A program made the position numbers and the translations under genes. Below are positions 1-7,874 of a stretch of DNA of 13,753 bases, piece by piece. The notes beneath the pieces were generated by a model, which did not search any database, was not told the DNA's origin, and saw nothing but the letters and a program-made list of their open reading frames with translations. This DNA is from Promethearchaeia archaeon (GTDB lineage Archaea; Asgardarchaeota; Lokiarchaeia; Sigyniarchaeales; SOKP01). Location of the stretch: contig JAHQWH010000227.1 in NCBI GenBank assembly GCA_029856105.1, positions 1-13,753 of the forward strand, read 5' to 3'. Every line of letters begins with the position of its first letter. Position 1 is the first letter of the stretch.

Positions 1-1073
1 AGGCGTTTCGTTAAGATGCCATCAATAATTAGAAATTGTGTACCTTTAAAATCTTTAATTTTTTCAAAGAGTTCTCCTACCTTGATTTCAAATAGTTTCT
101 CTAAGCTTTTATTAAACCCTATACTGTGGCCTGGCTCTATTTTCTTAAAGCTTTCTTCTATTATTGAGTAATTTTTGACTTTTAATTTCTTCAATAATTT
201 TTGTAAATGCGATTCCTTTCTCATAGGTTCTTTTCTCTCGATAACCTTAGTCCCATGTGTGGCTCTTGCGGGCTTTTTATTTTGGAGAGATTTTATCATT
301 TGTTTACGAGTAAGTTCTTCTACTTCGTAACCTTCTGGTGCTCGCGCTACATAATCAAGTTTTGCAACTTGTAGAAGTTCATTTAAAATAATAGTTCCTC
401 CACGATCCCCGTCTAAGAAAGCTATGACATTTTCTTTTTTCTTAGTTAAACTAATAACCGACTTAGGAACTTGAGTACCTTGTACGGCAACTGTATTTTT
501 AACTCCTATCCTCAATAAATTTAATACATCTGCTCGACCTTCAACGATTATTAGTTCTGAACTAGAGTCAATGTTAGGACCCGCGGGTAAACCTTCTGGG
601 CCCCAAGAGATGATTTCTCCTAGTTTTATATCCTTATCGATTTGTTCTTCTATTTCGCTTGGTTCTAAAGATTTTTCATCCCATTCTTTTAATAGTTCAG
701 CTGCCCGTTCAATTATTTGCTTACGTTTAGCTTCTCTCACATCTCTTATTTCTAATAATTGAATTTCAGCTTCACAAGGTCCAACACGCGAAACAGTTTC
801 TACAGTTGCTGCTAATAGAGCAGTTTCTTTACGAGTAAGGCTAGAGGGGATTTTAATGATTCCTTCGGAAATTCCTTCCTTTGATTCATTTTCAACCTCA
901 ATCCGTCCTATGCGCCCTGACTTTTGAAGATCTCGCAAGTCGAGATCTAATAGAAGCCCTTCAGTTTGTCCAAAGATCGCTCCGACGATGTCTGATTTCT
1001 CAACAACGCCTTTAATCTTAAACTTCGTTTCGATAATATACTTTGTAGTAAAATCTACATTATTATTTGTAAT
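1..1073 (-). CDS. dnaG: Archaeal DnaG (TOPRIM primase-like, exosome-associated protein), 3' end outside window; probable ATT start
   Basis: Manual translation of the minus strand from 1073 gives ITNNNVDFTTKYIIETKFKIKGVVEKSDIVGAIFGQTEGLL...DLQKSGRIGRIEV...RVGPC...IIVEGRADVLNLL...FLDGDRGG...LIIDGILTKR, open to the window edge. These are the archaeal DnaG N-terminal signature and the TOPRIM motifs (EGxxD, DxD). The ORF track missed it because its stop lies outside the window. Confidence 0.95.
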   Translation of the reverse strand, partial: MTNNNVDFTTKYIIETKFKIKGVVEKSDIVGAIFGQTEGLLLDLDLRDLQKSGRIGRIEVENESKEGISEGIIKIPSSLTRKETALLAATVETVSRVGPCEAEIQLLEIRDVREAKRKQIIERAAELLKEWDEKSLEPSEIEEQIDKDIKLGEIISWGPEGLPAGPNIDSSSELIIVEGRADVLNLLRIGVKNTVAVQGTQVPKSVISLTKKKENVIAFLDGDRGGTIILNELLQVAKLDYVARAPEGYEVEELTRKQMIKSLQNKKPARATHGTKVIERKEPMRKESHLQKLLKKLKVKNYSIIEESFKKIEPGHSIGFNKSLEKLFEIKVGELFEKIKDFKGTQFLIIDGILTKR

Positions 1074-1591
1074 CTAAATCACTACCTTTTTTAATTTATT
1101 ATTTTATTATTTAATTTTATCAATCAATCTAAAATTGAATATAAACTTATAAAAAGAAGTAAAATCCAACTTATGGATAAGATCTAATGTTAAACTGATA
1201 ATTCCTAACTAAGATCTTGATTACTTTATCTTTTGAGATAGTTTTATTTATCTTTATTAAGCTTGAATTATGAATACTTCCTATAAATTGTTATAAGTTT
1301 GGATAATAATTTTGATTGATTTTTTTGATTTATTTAATTGATAATTTTTTTGAAAATTTTTATTATTATTATTATGAATGAAAAATTTGATTAGAAACTC
1401 TATAAATAATCAATATTTTTTGATGATTATTTAATTAAAGTAATTCTTTCAATTTATCTTTTATCAATTTAAAGGTTCAAATAAGGCTCCGCCCTTATTG
1501 TTATATTATCTCCATAAAATACTATTTTTTTAAGACTAATTTTGATTATACATCTATGAGTATTTATTGGAATAATAAATTATTAAAAAAA

Positions 1592-1735
1592 ATGTCAGAT
1601 AATACCAAAAGAAAGGTAAAGTACAAACTTAATACGGATATCGGGAGATTTTATTTCTATATCGAAAGAAATAAGGATTGTGAGACTCCAACTCTTACCG
1701 GGAAGTTAGTCTTTTTTCCTAAAAAAATCCAATAA
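1592..1735 (+). CDS. Small hypothetical protein, 47 aa (MSDNTKRKVKYKLNTDIGRFYFYIERNKDCETPTLTGKLVFFPKKIQ)
   Basis: ATG 1592 to TAA 1733-1735. Visibly higher GC and complexity than the extremely AT-rich flanks. Co-oriented with, and 99 nt upstream of, the ArsA-family gene. Below the ORF-track size cutoff. Confidence 0.55.
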   Translation: MSDNTKRKVKYKLNTDIGRFYFYIERNKDCETPTLTGKLVFFPKKIQ

Positions 1736-1834
1736 ACTAATGTAGAATTATTAAAATTCTTGAATTTATTTTACATATTATATCGTTATTTAATATTATT
1801 TAATTTCTTATTTTAAAAAATCTAAGCGTTTGAC

Positions 1835-2860
1835 ATGATTGAAAGAATAATAGTGTTAGGAGGTAAAGGAGGCGTAGGGAAAAGCTCTATAAGTGCAGCT
1901 ACTGCTGTACTTTTGTCAAAACTTCTTCCAAATAAGAAGATACTTCTCATTTCCTTTGATATGGCCCATAATTTATCAGATCTCTTATCTCAGCAAATTG
2001 GAAACATGATTACGCCAATAACAAGTAATCTATGGGCAATTGAACCTGATCCAAATATTTATGCTGAAAAATATACTAAAGATTTAGTTAATAAGATGAA
2101 AGCTCTTATGAAACAGATGCCTTTAGTGGGGATGATCCCAAAAATTGAAGAGTTTTTTGATACTACCTTTACTTCCGATTCAATTCCGTTGGCTTTAAAA
2201 AACGCTATATTTTTTCAAAAGATCTTAGATGCTGAGGATGTAACTTCTCAAGATATTCAATTTGATATCATTGTAGCTGATTTCCCTCCTACTGCTAACA
2301 TGATTACTCTCTTTGAAATTCCCCAAGACCAAGTAAAAGTCGTCTTAAAATACTCTTTAAATTTTTACAATTCAATAAAAGGAACAATTAGGAATTTTTC
2401 TAAAATGTTTCATCAAATTATTAAACCATTTGACGATCAAGAAAAGAGAAGGGAATTAGGTAAAGAAATATTCAATATGATAGTCGATCTTGAAAAGCGT
2501 GGCGAGAGAATTACTGAACTAATCCATAACGTAGGATCCTTAAGGTTAGTTTCAATAGCTGAAAAACCTAGCTTTGAAGAAGTTAAACGCGCAAGAGATT
2601 TAACGAAAAAATACATTAACCTTGATGCAGTCCACATTAATATGTTGACTCCTGATCCTAAACACTGTAATTTCTGTAAAAAAATGCGTCAAATACAATT
2701 AAAATTTTCTGGGGAAATTAAAAAAGAATTTAAAAATTTAAAAATTTGGGAGTCAGATAAGCTCCTTGAAGAACCACTTGGAATAGATGGTCTCAGAAAA
2801 CTGGCTTATGAAATCTATGGAGATATTACTGCTGAAGATATCCTAAACCCTAAAAGATAA
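1835..2860 (+). CDS. ArsA/Get3(TRC40)-family ATPase, single-domain, divergent switch motifs
   Basis: Deviant Walker A GGKGGVGKSS, switch I-like SFDMAHNLSD, switch II-like DFPPTAN, CxxC (CNFC) and an A-loop-like LEEPLGIDGL near the C-terminus. At 341 aa it has a single ATPase domain like Get3, not the duplicated ~580-aa ArsA. Confidence 0.9.
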   Translation: MIERIIVLGGKGGVGKSSISAATAVLLSKLLPNKKILLISFDMAHNLSDLLSQQIGNMITPITSNLWAIEPDPNIYAEKYTKDLVNKMKALMKQMPLVGMIPKIEEFFDTTFTSDSIPLALKNAIFFQKILDAEDVTSQDIQFDIIVADFPPTANMITLFEIPQDQVKVVLKYSLNFYNSIKGTIRNFSKMFHQIIKPFDDQEKRRELGKEIFNMIVDLEKRGERITELIHNVGSLRLVSIAEKPSFEEVKRARDLTKKYINLDAVHINMLTPDPKHCNFCKKMRQIQLKFSGEIKKEFKNLKIWESDKLLEEPLGIDGLRKLAYEIYGDITAEDILNPKR

Positions 2861-2912
2861 AATAAAAAAAAATTTATTAATTTGTATAGAGCTCTGAATA
2901 AAGCCCCATAGC

Positions 2913-3260
2913 TTATTTTTTAAATTTTTCATAATTAATATTAAAATTAGGAGTATGAATAAGAATTAAATTAGCAAAATTTTTATGAATGTTCTTATAG
3001 GAAAAATGTTGCCCTTTCTTAACAATACAAAAATCTCCTTTGGATAAATTAAATTCCTTTTCTTCCAAAATAAATTGAATTTCTCCATTGATAATGTAGT
3101 AATACTTATCGGAACGTGTAGACCAAGATTCTGAATGCTGGGAATTTGGAGGCATTTGGATCACAGCAAAAGAAGAACTCATTTCTAATCCTTCTGTAAA
3201 ATCATATATCTTTAATCCAGAGAAATCAATAGGTTTTAAAGAATCCTTTTTTATTATCAT
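2913..3260 (-). CDS. Cupin-domain protein
   Basis: 115 aa with cupin motif-1-like DKYYYIINGEIQF and motif-2-like LSKGDFCIVKKGQHFSYKN. Directly downstream of ahcY on the same strand. Confidence 0.85.
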   Translation of the reverse strand: MIIKKDSLKPIDFSGLKIYDFTEGLEMSSSFAVIQMPPNSQHSESWSTRSDKYYYIINGEIQFILEEKEFNLSKGDFCIVKKGQHFSYKNIHKNFANLILIHTPNFNINYEKFKK

Positions 3261-3317
3261 TACATAACCATTTTATTATAAAATATGAAAAATTGAAAAA
3301 ATTAAAAAGAAGAAGAA

Positions 3318-4586
3318 TTAGGTTCCTTCTTCGTAGCCGTGGATGTAGTTATACTGCTCCTCGGTTAATGTGTCGATCTCGATACCCATTGCTTGAAGTT
3401 TTAGGGTGCCCACTCTATCGTCAATATTCACTGGAACATCTACCATTCCTGGATTTAGTGAGTCTTTGTTTTTGACGATGTACTCAGACATTAGCGATTG
3501 TAGACCAAAAGACATGTCCATTACTTCAGCAGGATGCCCTTCAGAAAGCACTAAATTAGCTAATCTTCCTTTAGCAAGTAGGTATATCCTTTTGCCATCA
3601 GGAAATATTAATTCTTCTACATCTTGCCTTAGTGGTCTGATTTCCTTAGCATGTTCATACAATTCTTTAGTGGGAATCTCAATATCGAAATGGCCCAAAT
3701 TACCGAGAATAACACCCTCCTTCAGTTTATTGAACATTTCTTTTGATGGCGGAATTACATGCTTACAACCCGTTGCTGTAAGAATTATATCGGCAATGGG
3801 GAGAGTTTTTTCAATAGGCATAACATTATATCCCGCGAATTTGGCTTGTAAAGCTTTTATTGCATCAACTTCAGTAACAATTACATTAGCCCCTAATCCT
3901 CTAGCTCTTAATGCCATTCCTGAGCTGCAATGCCCGAACCCTGCAATCACAACATTTTTTCCTGCGAAGAGAACATGCATGCCATAGATCGCGGCTACAA
4001 TTCCTTGTCCTGTCCCTAATTCATTATCAAACTGGTTTTTACATCGCGCATCATTTACAGGGAAGAGTGGGACTCTCAATATTCCTTGTTTATCCATTGC
4101 TTTAAATCTCTTAACCCCAGTTGTAGTTTCTTCTTGACATGCGATTATCGTGCCATTTTCAATCAACTCTGGAAACTCCTTATGAGCAGTAACAATCATA
4201 TCCGCACCATCGTCAATTAAAATATTCGGTTTTGCCTTGAGACACTCTCGAATACACCAATAAAATTCTTCGTCTGTGTTGCCATGCCACGCAAAAACAT
4301 TTATTCCTTCTTGAACTAAGGCTGCAGCAACATCATCTTGAGTAGATAACGGATTACTTCCACATAAATAAACTTCAGCACCCCCTGCTTTCAAAGTACG
4401 GGCGAGATTTCCGGTTTCTTTAGTAATGTGTAAACATCCTGCAATTGTTATGCCTTTCAAGGGCTTCTCTTTGGAAAACCTCTTACGAATAATTTCGGCT
4501 GTAACAGGCATTTTAGATTCAGCTACATACAGAGCTTCTTTGCCTTTTTCAGCAAGGTTTTCATCAGCTACTTTATAATTAACCAT
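3318..4586 (-). CDS. ahcY: S-adenosyl-L-homocysteine hydrolase family (adenosylhomocysteinase or S-inosylhomocysteine hydrolase)
   Basis: Motifs CLHITKET, GSNPLSTQDDVAAAL, IDDGAD, QEETTTGV, GHFDIEI, GRLANL, EGHPAEVMDMSF and the archaeal-type C-terminus EEGT. ATG at 4586 is preferred over the GTG at 4598. Confidence 0.96.
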   Translation of the reverse strand: MVNYKVADENLAEKGKEALYVAESKMPVTAEIIRKRFSKEKPLKGITIAGCLHITKETGNLARTLKAGGAEVYLCGSNPLSTQDDVAAALVQEGINVFAWHGNTDEEFYWCIRECLKAKPNILIDDGADMIVTAHKEFPELIENGTIIACQEETTTGVKRFKAMDKQGILRVPLFPVNDARCKNQFDNELGTGQGIVAAIYGMHVLFAGKNVVIAGFGHCSSGMALRARGLGANVIVTEVDAIKALQAKFAGYNVMPIEKTLPIADIILTATGCKHVIPPSKEMFNKLKEGVILGNLGHFDIEIPTKELYEHAKEIRPLRQDVEELIFPDGKRIYLLAKGRLANLVLSEGHPAEVMDMSFGLQSLMSEYIVKNKDSLNPGMVDVPVNIDDRVGTLKLQAMGIEIDTLTEEQYNYIHGYEEGT

Positions 4587-4608
4587 ATTCAATTTCACTA
4601 TTCACAAA

Positions 4609-4627
4609 AATGATAAATTTTAACATT
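4609..4627. promoter_or_regulatory. Imperfect palindrome, candidate Lrp-family operator in the ahcY/lrp divergent region
   Basis: AATGATAAA-T-TTTAACATT (8 of 9 arm positions complementary, TG-N11-CA core with AT-rich centre), 23-41 nt upstream of the ahcY ATG. The AT-rich context lowers its significance. Confidence 0.3.
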
Positions 4628-4746
4628 ATACTAATCTAATAATTTTATGATATTATTTAAATATGATTGTCAAAAAGTGTAAACTAAATAATGCAATATT
4701 TATACAAACAATTATATTTTTAAATATCAATTACTTAAAAATTATT

Positions 4747-5706
4747 ATGGTAAGCAACAAAAATCATATAAAATCTTTTGAGATATTGAAAAAAGTCAAT
4801 ACAAAATCGAAACCTAATATTTCAAAAATTTCAAAAGAATTGGGGATTACTAGACAAACTTTTCAAAATAAATTTGAAATGTTAAAGGATAAAGGAACAA
4901 TTAAAAATTTCACTATTAACATCAACCCTAATATTCGACCCAATTTAAAATATGTGATTTTGGAAATAAAAACAAACCCTAAAGAGCCACACATCGTTGA
5001 AGATTTGTTAAAAATTCCTCAAATGAAAATGCTAGATGGAATTTTTGGAGAATACTCGCTCATCGCTCTGTTTGTGTTTAACGATTCTGATGAGTTTAAC
5101 AAAGTTCTCATTAAAGTAGATGAAATAATGGGAACATCTTATTTTAAGAAATATCAGATAATTGAAGCGATAAAAGTGTTCAAAACTTACGGAATAGATG
5201 TATCGACAACTGAATTGGAAAAAGATCTAAACCTTGACCAAATTGATTATAATGTTCTGAAAATAATGGAGAACGAACAAAATTTAAAATTAATTTCTAC
5301 TTACGAAATTTCCAAAATTTTCAAGAAAAGATATAATGTAGAGCTGTCACAATCTACTATTTACAATAGAATAAAAAAACTTGAAGAATCAAGCGCTATA
5401 CTTAATTATTCCATAAATTTTAAGCCAAAAGAGGTGGGATTTAAAGGGAAATTTATAGTAAGAATTAAACCTAAAGATTCTTCGAAATACAGTGAATTGG
5501 CACTAAGCTTAGTAAGGAAGGATGAAATTGTGTTTCTGTTCCGGATGGGCGAACAATACGGATTGTTAGCGATTGTTCGAGTAAAAAAAATCGAAGATTT
5601 TGGCGGTTTTATCAAAAATCTCTACGACTCAGAAGATATAGAGGATACTTATACTAATTTTGTGCTTGATGAGTTGAAATTGTACACAAACTTTAAAATA
5701 TTTTGA
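4747..5706 (+). CDS. Lrp/AsnC-family transcriptional regulator with two tandem HTH+RAM modules
   Basis: Module 1: ISKISKELGITRQTFQNKFEMLKDKGTIKNFTININP followed by RAM-like DGIFGEYSLIA. Module 2: LDQIDYNVLKIM...LSQSTIYNRIKKLEESSAILNYSINF followed by FRMGEQYGLLAIVRV. The ATG at 4747 is more plausible than 4663, whose extension is low-complexity AT-rich sequence. Confidence 0.9.
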   Translation: MVSNKNHIKSFEILKKVNTKSKPNISKISKELGITRQTFQNKFEMLKDKGTIKNFTININPNIRPNLKYVILEIKTNPKEPHIVEDLLKIPQMKMLDGIFGEYSLIALFVFNDSDEFNKVLIKVDEIMGTSYFKKYQIIEAIKVFKTYGIDVSTTELEKDLNLDQIDYNVLKIMENEQNLKLISTYEISKIFKKRYNVELSQSTIYNRIKKLEESSAILNYSINFKPKEVGFKGKFIVRIKPKDSSKYSELALSLVRKDEIVFLFRMGEQYGLLAIVRVKKIEDFGGFIKNLYDSEDIEDTYTNFVLDELKLYTNFKIF

Positions 5707-5792
5707 TTTTACTATAGTTTTTTGATTGAATTTTAAAAAAGTAGGAAAAAATTAATTTAAATACCTTTGAATGATATCTTTAATTGAAAAAC

Positions 5793-7874
5793 ATGAATTA
5801 TTTTTTTGAATTAATAGCTAAAGGAATAGGTTTTTCTAGAGTAGGAAGAATAATTTGCTCGAAGGAATCTAAAAGGTTTATATCGACACCTAATATCCTC
5901 GTTCCAATGAAGAAAAGTTTAATGAACCATATAAGTTTTCTTGAGGAATTTGAAGACCACGAGGTATTTTTGATCTTAAAAGAATTTTACTTGAAAATTG
6001 GATTTTTACGAGAAAAATTTAAGCATACCGGCTTTATTTATAAGCACAATGGTTCAATGGAAAAATTTAAAGAAATTTTAGCTAATAATATTGATATTTT
6101 TTCAGAGGATAACATTATACCTTTAATTCCCTTTAATATTCCTACAACAACCATAAATAAGGAATTCGCTAAAAACGAAATTATCAATTTTATAACCAAC
6201 GCTAATCAAATCTTAAATCAATATCGGAATTTAGATTTTGGTTTATCTATTAAGATTTTTGAGCATCCCGAATTATTTGATCTGTATCTTCCTTTAATTA
6301 AGGACAACAGTAACGTTAGAATAATAAATTTAGTCGATCTATTTGATGTATTTAGTAAATATAGAAATATTTTAAAAGTAATTTTTCAAATTAAGCAGGA
6401 GCTTGACAACAATTTAGTCTTAATGGCTTCCGGTAGAATTATTCCGAAATTATATCCAATTTTAGTCTATTTAGGAGTAGATTTAATCGATTGTTCCTAC
6501 CTATTATATTTATCTTCTGAAAATTTCTACGATACTATAGAACATCTACTTCCCATTTATAAATTGAAATATTTACCCTGTCCGTGTTCTATTTGCAAAA
6601 GGAAATTAAAACATATCCTAGAAAACAAATACTCTTCCGAAAAAATAGAACAATTAACTCTTCATAATATTATATCTGCATATACATACATGAATAAAAT
6701 AAAGTTGTATTTGCGCACGGAGGATTTTCGAGGTTTTGTAGAAAAAACCTCATTTGACGACATGAACATAATATCGATGTTAAAAGTCTTAGATAAGCAG
6801 TACTTTAACGCGATGAAACTTGAAACTCCGATAACTCAAGCGAACAAAATCATTAATTGTTTTGGTCCATCTTCATATTATAGACCAGATTTCCAAGAAT
6901 TTCGGGAGAAATTATTGAAAAATTTTACGCCGGAATCATGGACAAAATTAATTATCATACTTCCTTGCTCGGCAAAGAAACCTTACTCCGACTCGAAATC
7001 TCATAAAAAATTTCATAGCATCATACGTAAATTTCGCGATTTTCCTGATTTTCAAGAAATAATTTTAACTTCTCCCTTAGGAACCATTCCTAGACAACTT
7101 GAAAATATATACCCCGTAAATTCATATGACATCTCGGTAACTGGGGATTGGGATAATGAAGAGATAACAATTGCATCAAATATGTTAATTAAACTATTAG
7201 AGAAATATGATAAGGACATACCTATTATATGTTATTTAAAAGAACTTGGATACATAAAAATTATCGATAACGCTCGATTAAAACTAAAGAATAAATTCTA
7301 CTTCACGGAAGTTAAAAGCAGTCTAACTACCATTGAATCCCTAAAATCTTTAGAAAACAGTATTAGGGACCTAAAAGATTCGTTTAAACCCTTAGAACCT
7401 ATTCCAAAAAATAAAAATTTCTCAAAGAGTTGGACTCGTAAATTTAATAAAATATTGGATTATCAATTTGGAACTGGTTCTGGAGAAAAAATATGTTCTA
7501 ACGGAATTAGGACTAGAAAAAATGATAGAAGGCACCAAATAGAAATTTTTGACTTAGTAAGTAATGAGAATCTTGGAAAACTCAATTTTAATACAGGACA
7601 AATAGAATTAAATCTTTCAGGAGCTAATAAACTATTACCTTTAAGTGAAAATACGAATTTTATAGTTTTTGATGGTCAAGTAATTAAGGGGAACACCTTA
7701 TTTCGTCCTGGGATAGTAAGTTATAGTCCAAATCTCGTTCCAAAAGATTTTACGCTTATTTTCGATAAAGATAAAAAGAATTTAATTGGATTAGGGAACT
7801 TAGAAGTTGGTTCAAATTATATAAAGAATTCAAAAACAGGTAAAATTGCAAATGTCTACGAAAAAATTAAATGA
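5793..7874 (+). CDS. arcS: Archaeosine synthase subunit alpha (ArcS/TgtA2; TGT-like barrel, DUF5591-type domain, PUA)
   Basis: TGT-like N-terminus (SRVGRI...STPNIL, LGVDLID, Zn site CPCSIC...HN), ArcS signature LPCSAKKPYSDSKSHKKF and ILTSPLGTIPRQLE..YP..SYDISVTGDW, then DYQFGTG and a C-terminal PUA-like GNTLFRPGI. Start is ATG 5793 or TTG 5784. Confidence 0.88.
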   Translation: MNYFFELIAKGIGFSRVGRIICSKESKRFISTPNILVPMKKSLMNHISFLEEFEDHEVFLILKEFYLKIGFLREKFKHTGFIYKHNGSMEKFKEILANNIDIFSEDNIIPLIPFNIPTTTINKEFAKNEIINFITNANQILNQYRNLDFGLSIKIFEHPELFDLYLPLIKDNSNVRIINLVDLFDVFSKYRNILKVIFQIKQELDNNLVLMASGRIIPKLYPILVYLGVDLIDCSYLLYLSSENFYDTIEHLLPIYKLKYLPCPCSICKRKLKHILENKYSSEKIEQLTLHNIISAYTYMNKIKLYLRTEDFRGFVEKTSFDDMNIISMLKVLDKQYFNAMKLETPITQANKIINCFGPSSYYRPDFQEFREKLLKNFTPESWTKLIIILPCSAKKPYSDSKSHKKFHSIIRKFRDFPDFQEIILTSPLGTIPRQLENIYPVNSYDISVTGDWDNEEITIASNMLIKLLEKYDKDIPIICYLKELGYIKIIDNARLKLKNKFYFTEVKSSLTTIESLKSLENSIRDLKDSFKPLEPIPKNKNFSKSWTRKFNKILDYQFGTGSGEKICSNGIRTRKNDRRHQIEIFDLVSNENLGKLNFNTGQIELNLSGANKLLPLSENTNFIVFDGQVIKGNTLFRPGIVSYSPNLVPKDFTLIFDKDKKNLIGLGNLEVGSNYIKNSKTGKIANVYEKIK

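Noticed and set aside
571-762. 63-aa plus-strand ORF
   Set aside because: Antisense shadow of dnaG.
1090-1590. AT-rich region beside dnaG as a replication origin (ATCCA-N5-TGGAT at 1164-1178)
   Set aside because: There are no repeated ORB-like elements or G-strings and no cdc6/orc1 gene in the window.
3293-4105. Plus-strand ORFs 3293-3475, 3406-3987 and 3911-4105
   Set aside because: Antisense shadows of ahcY with no recognisable motifs.
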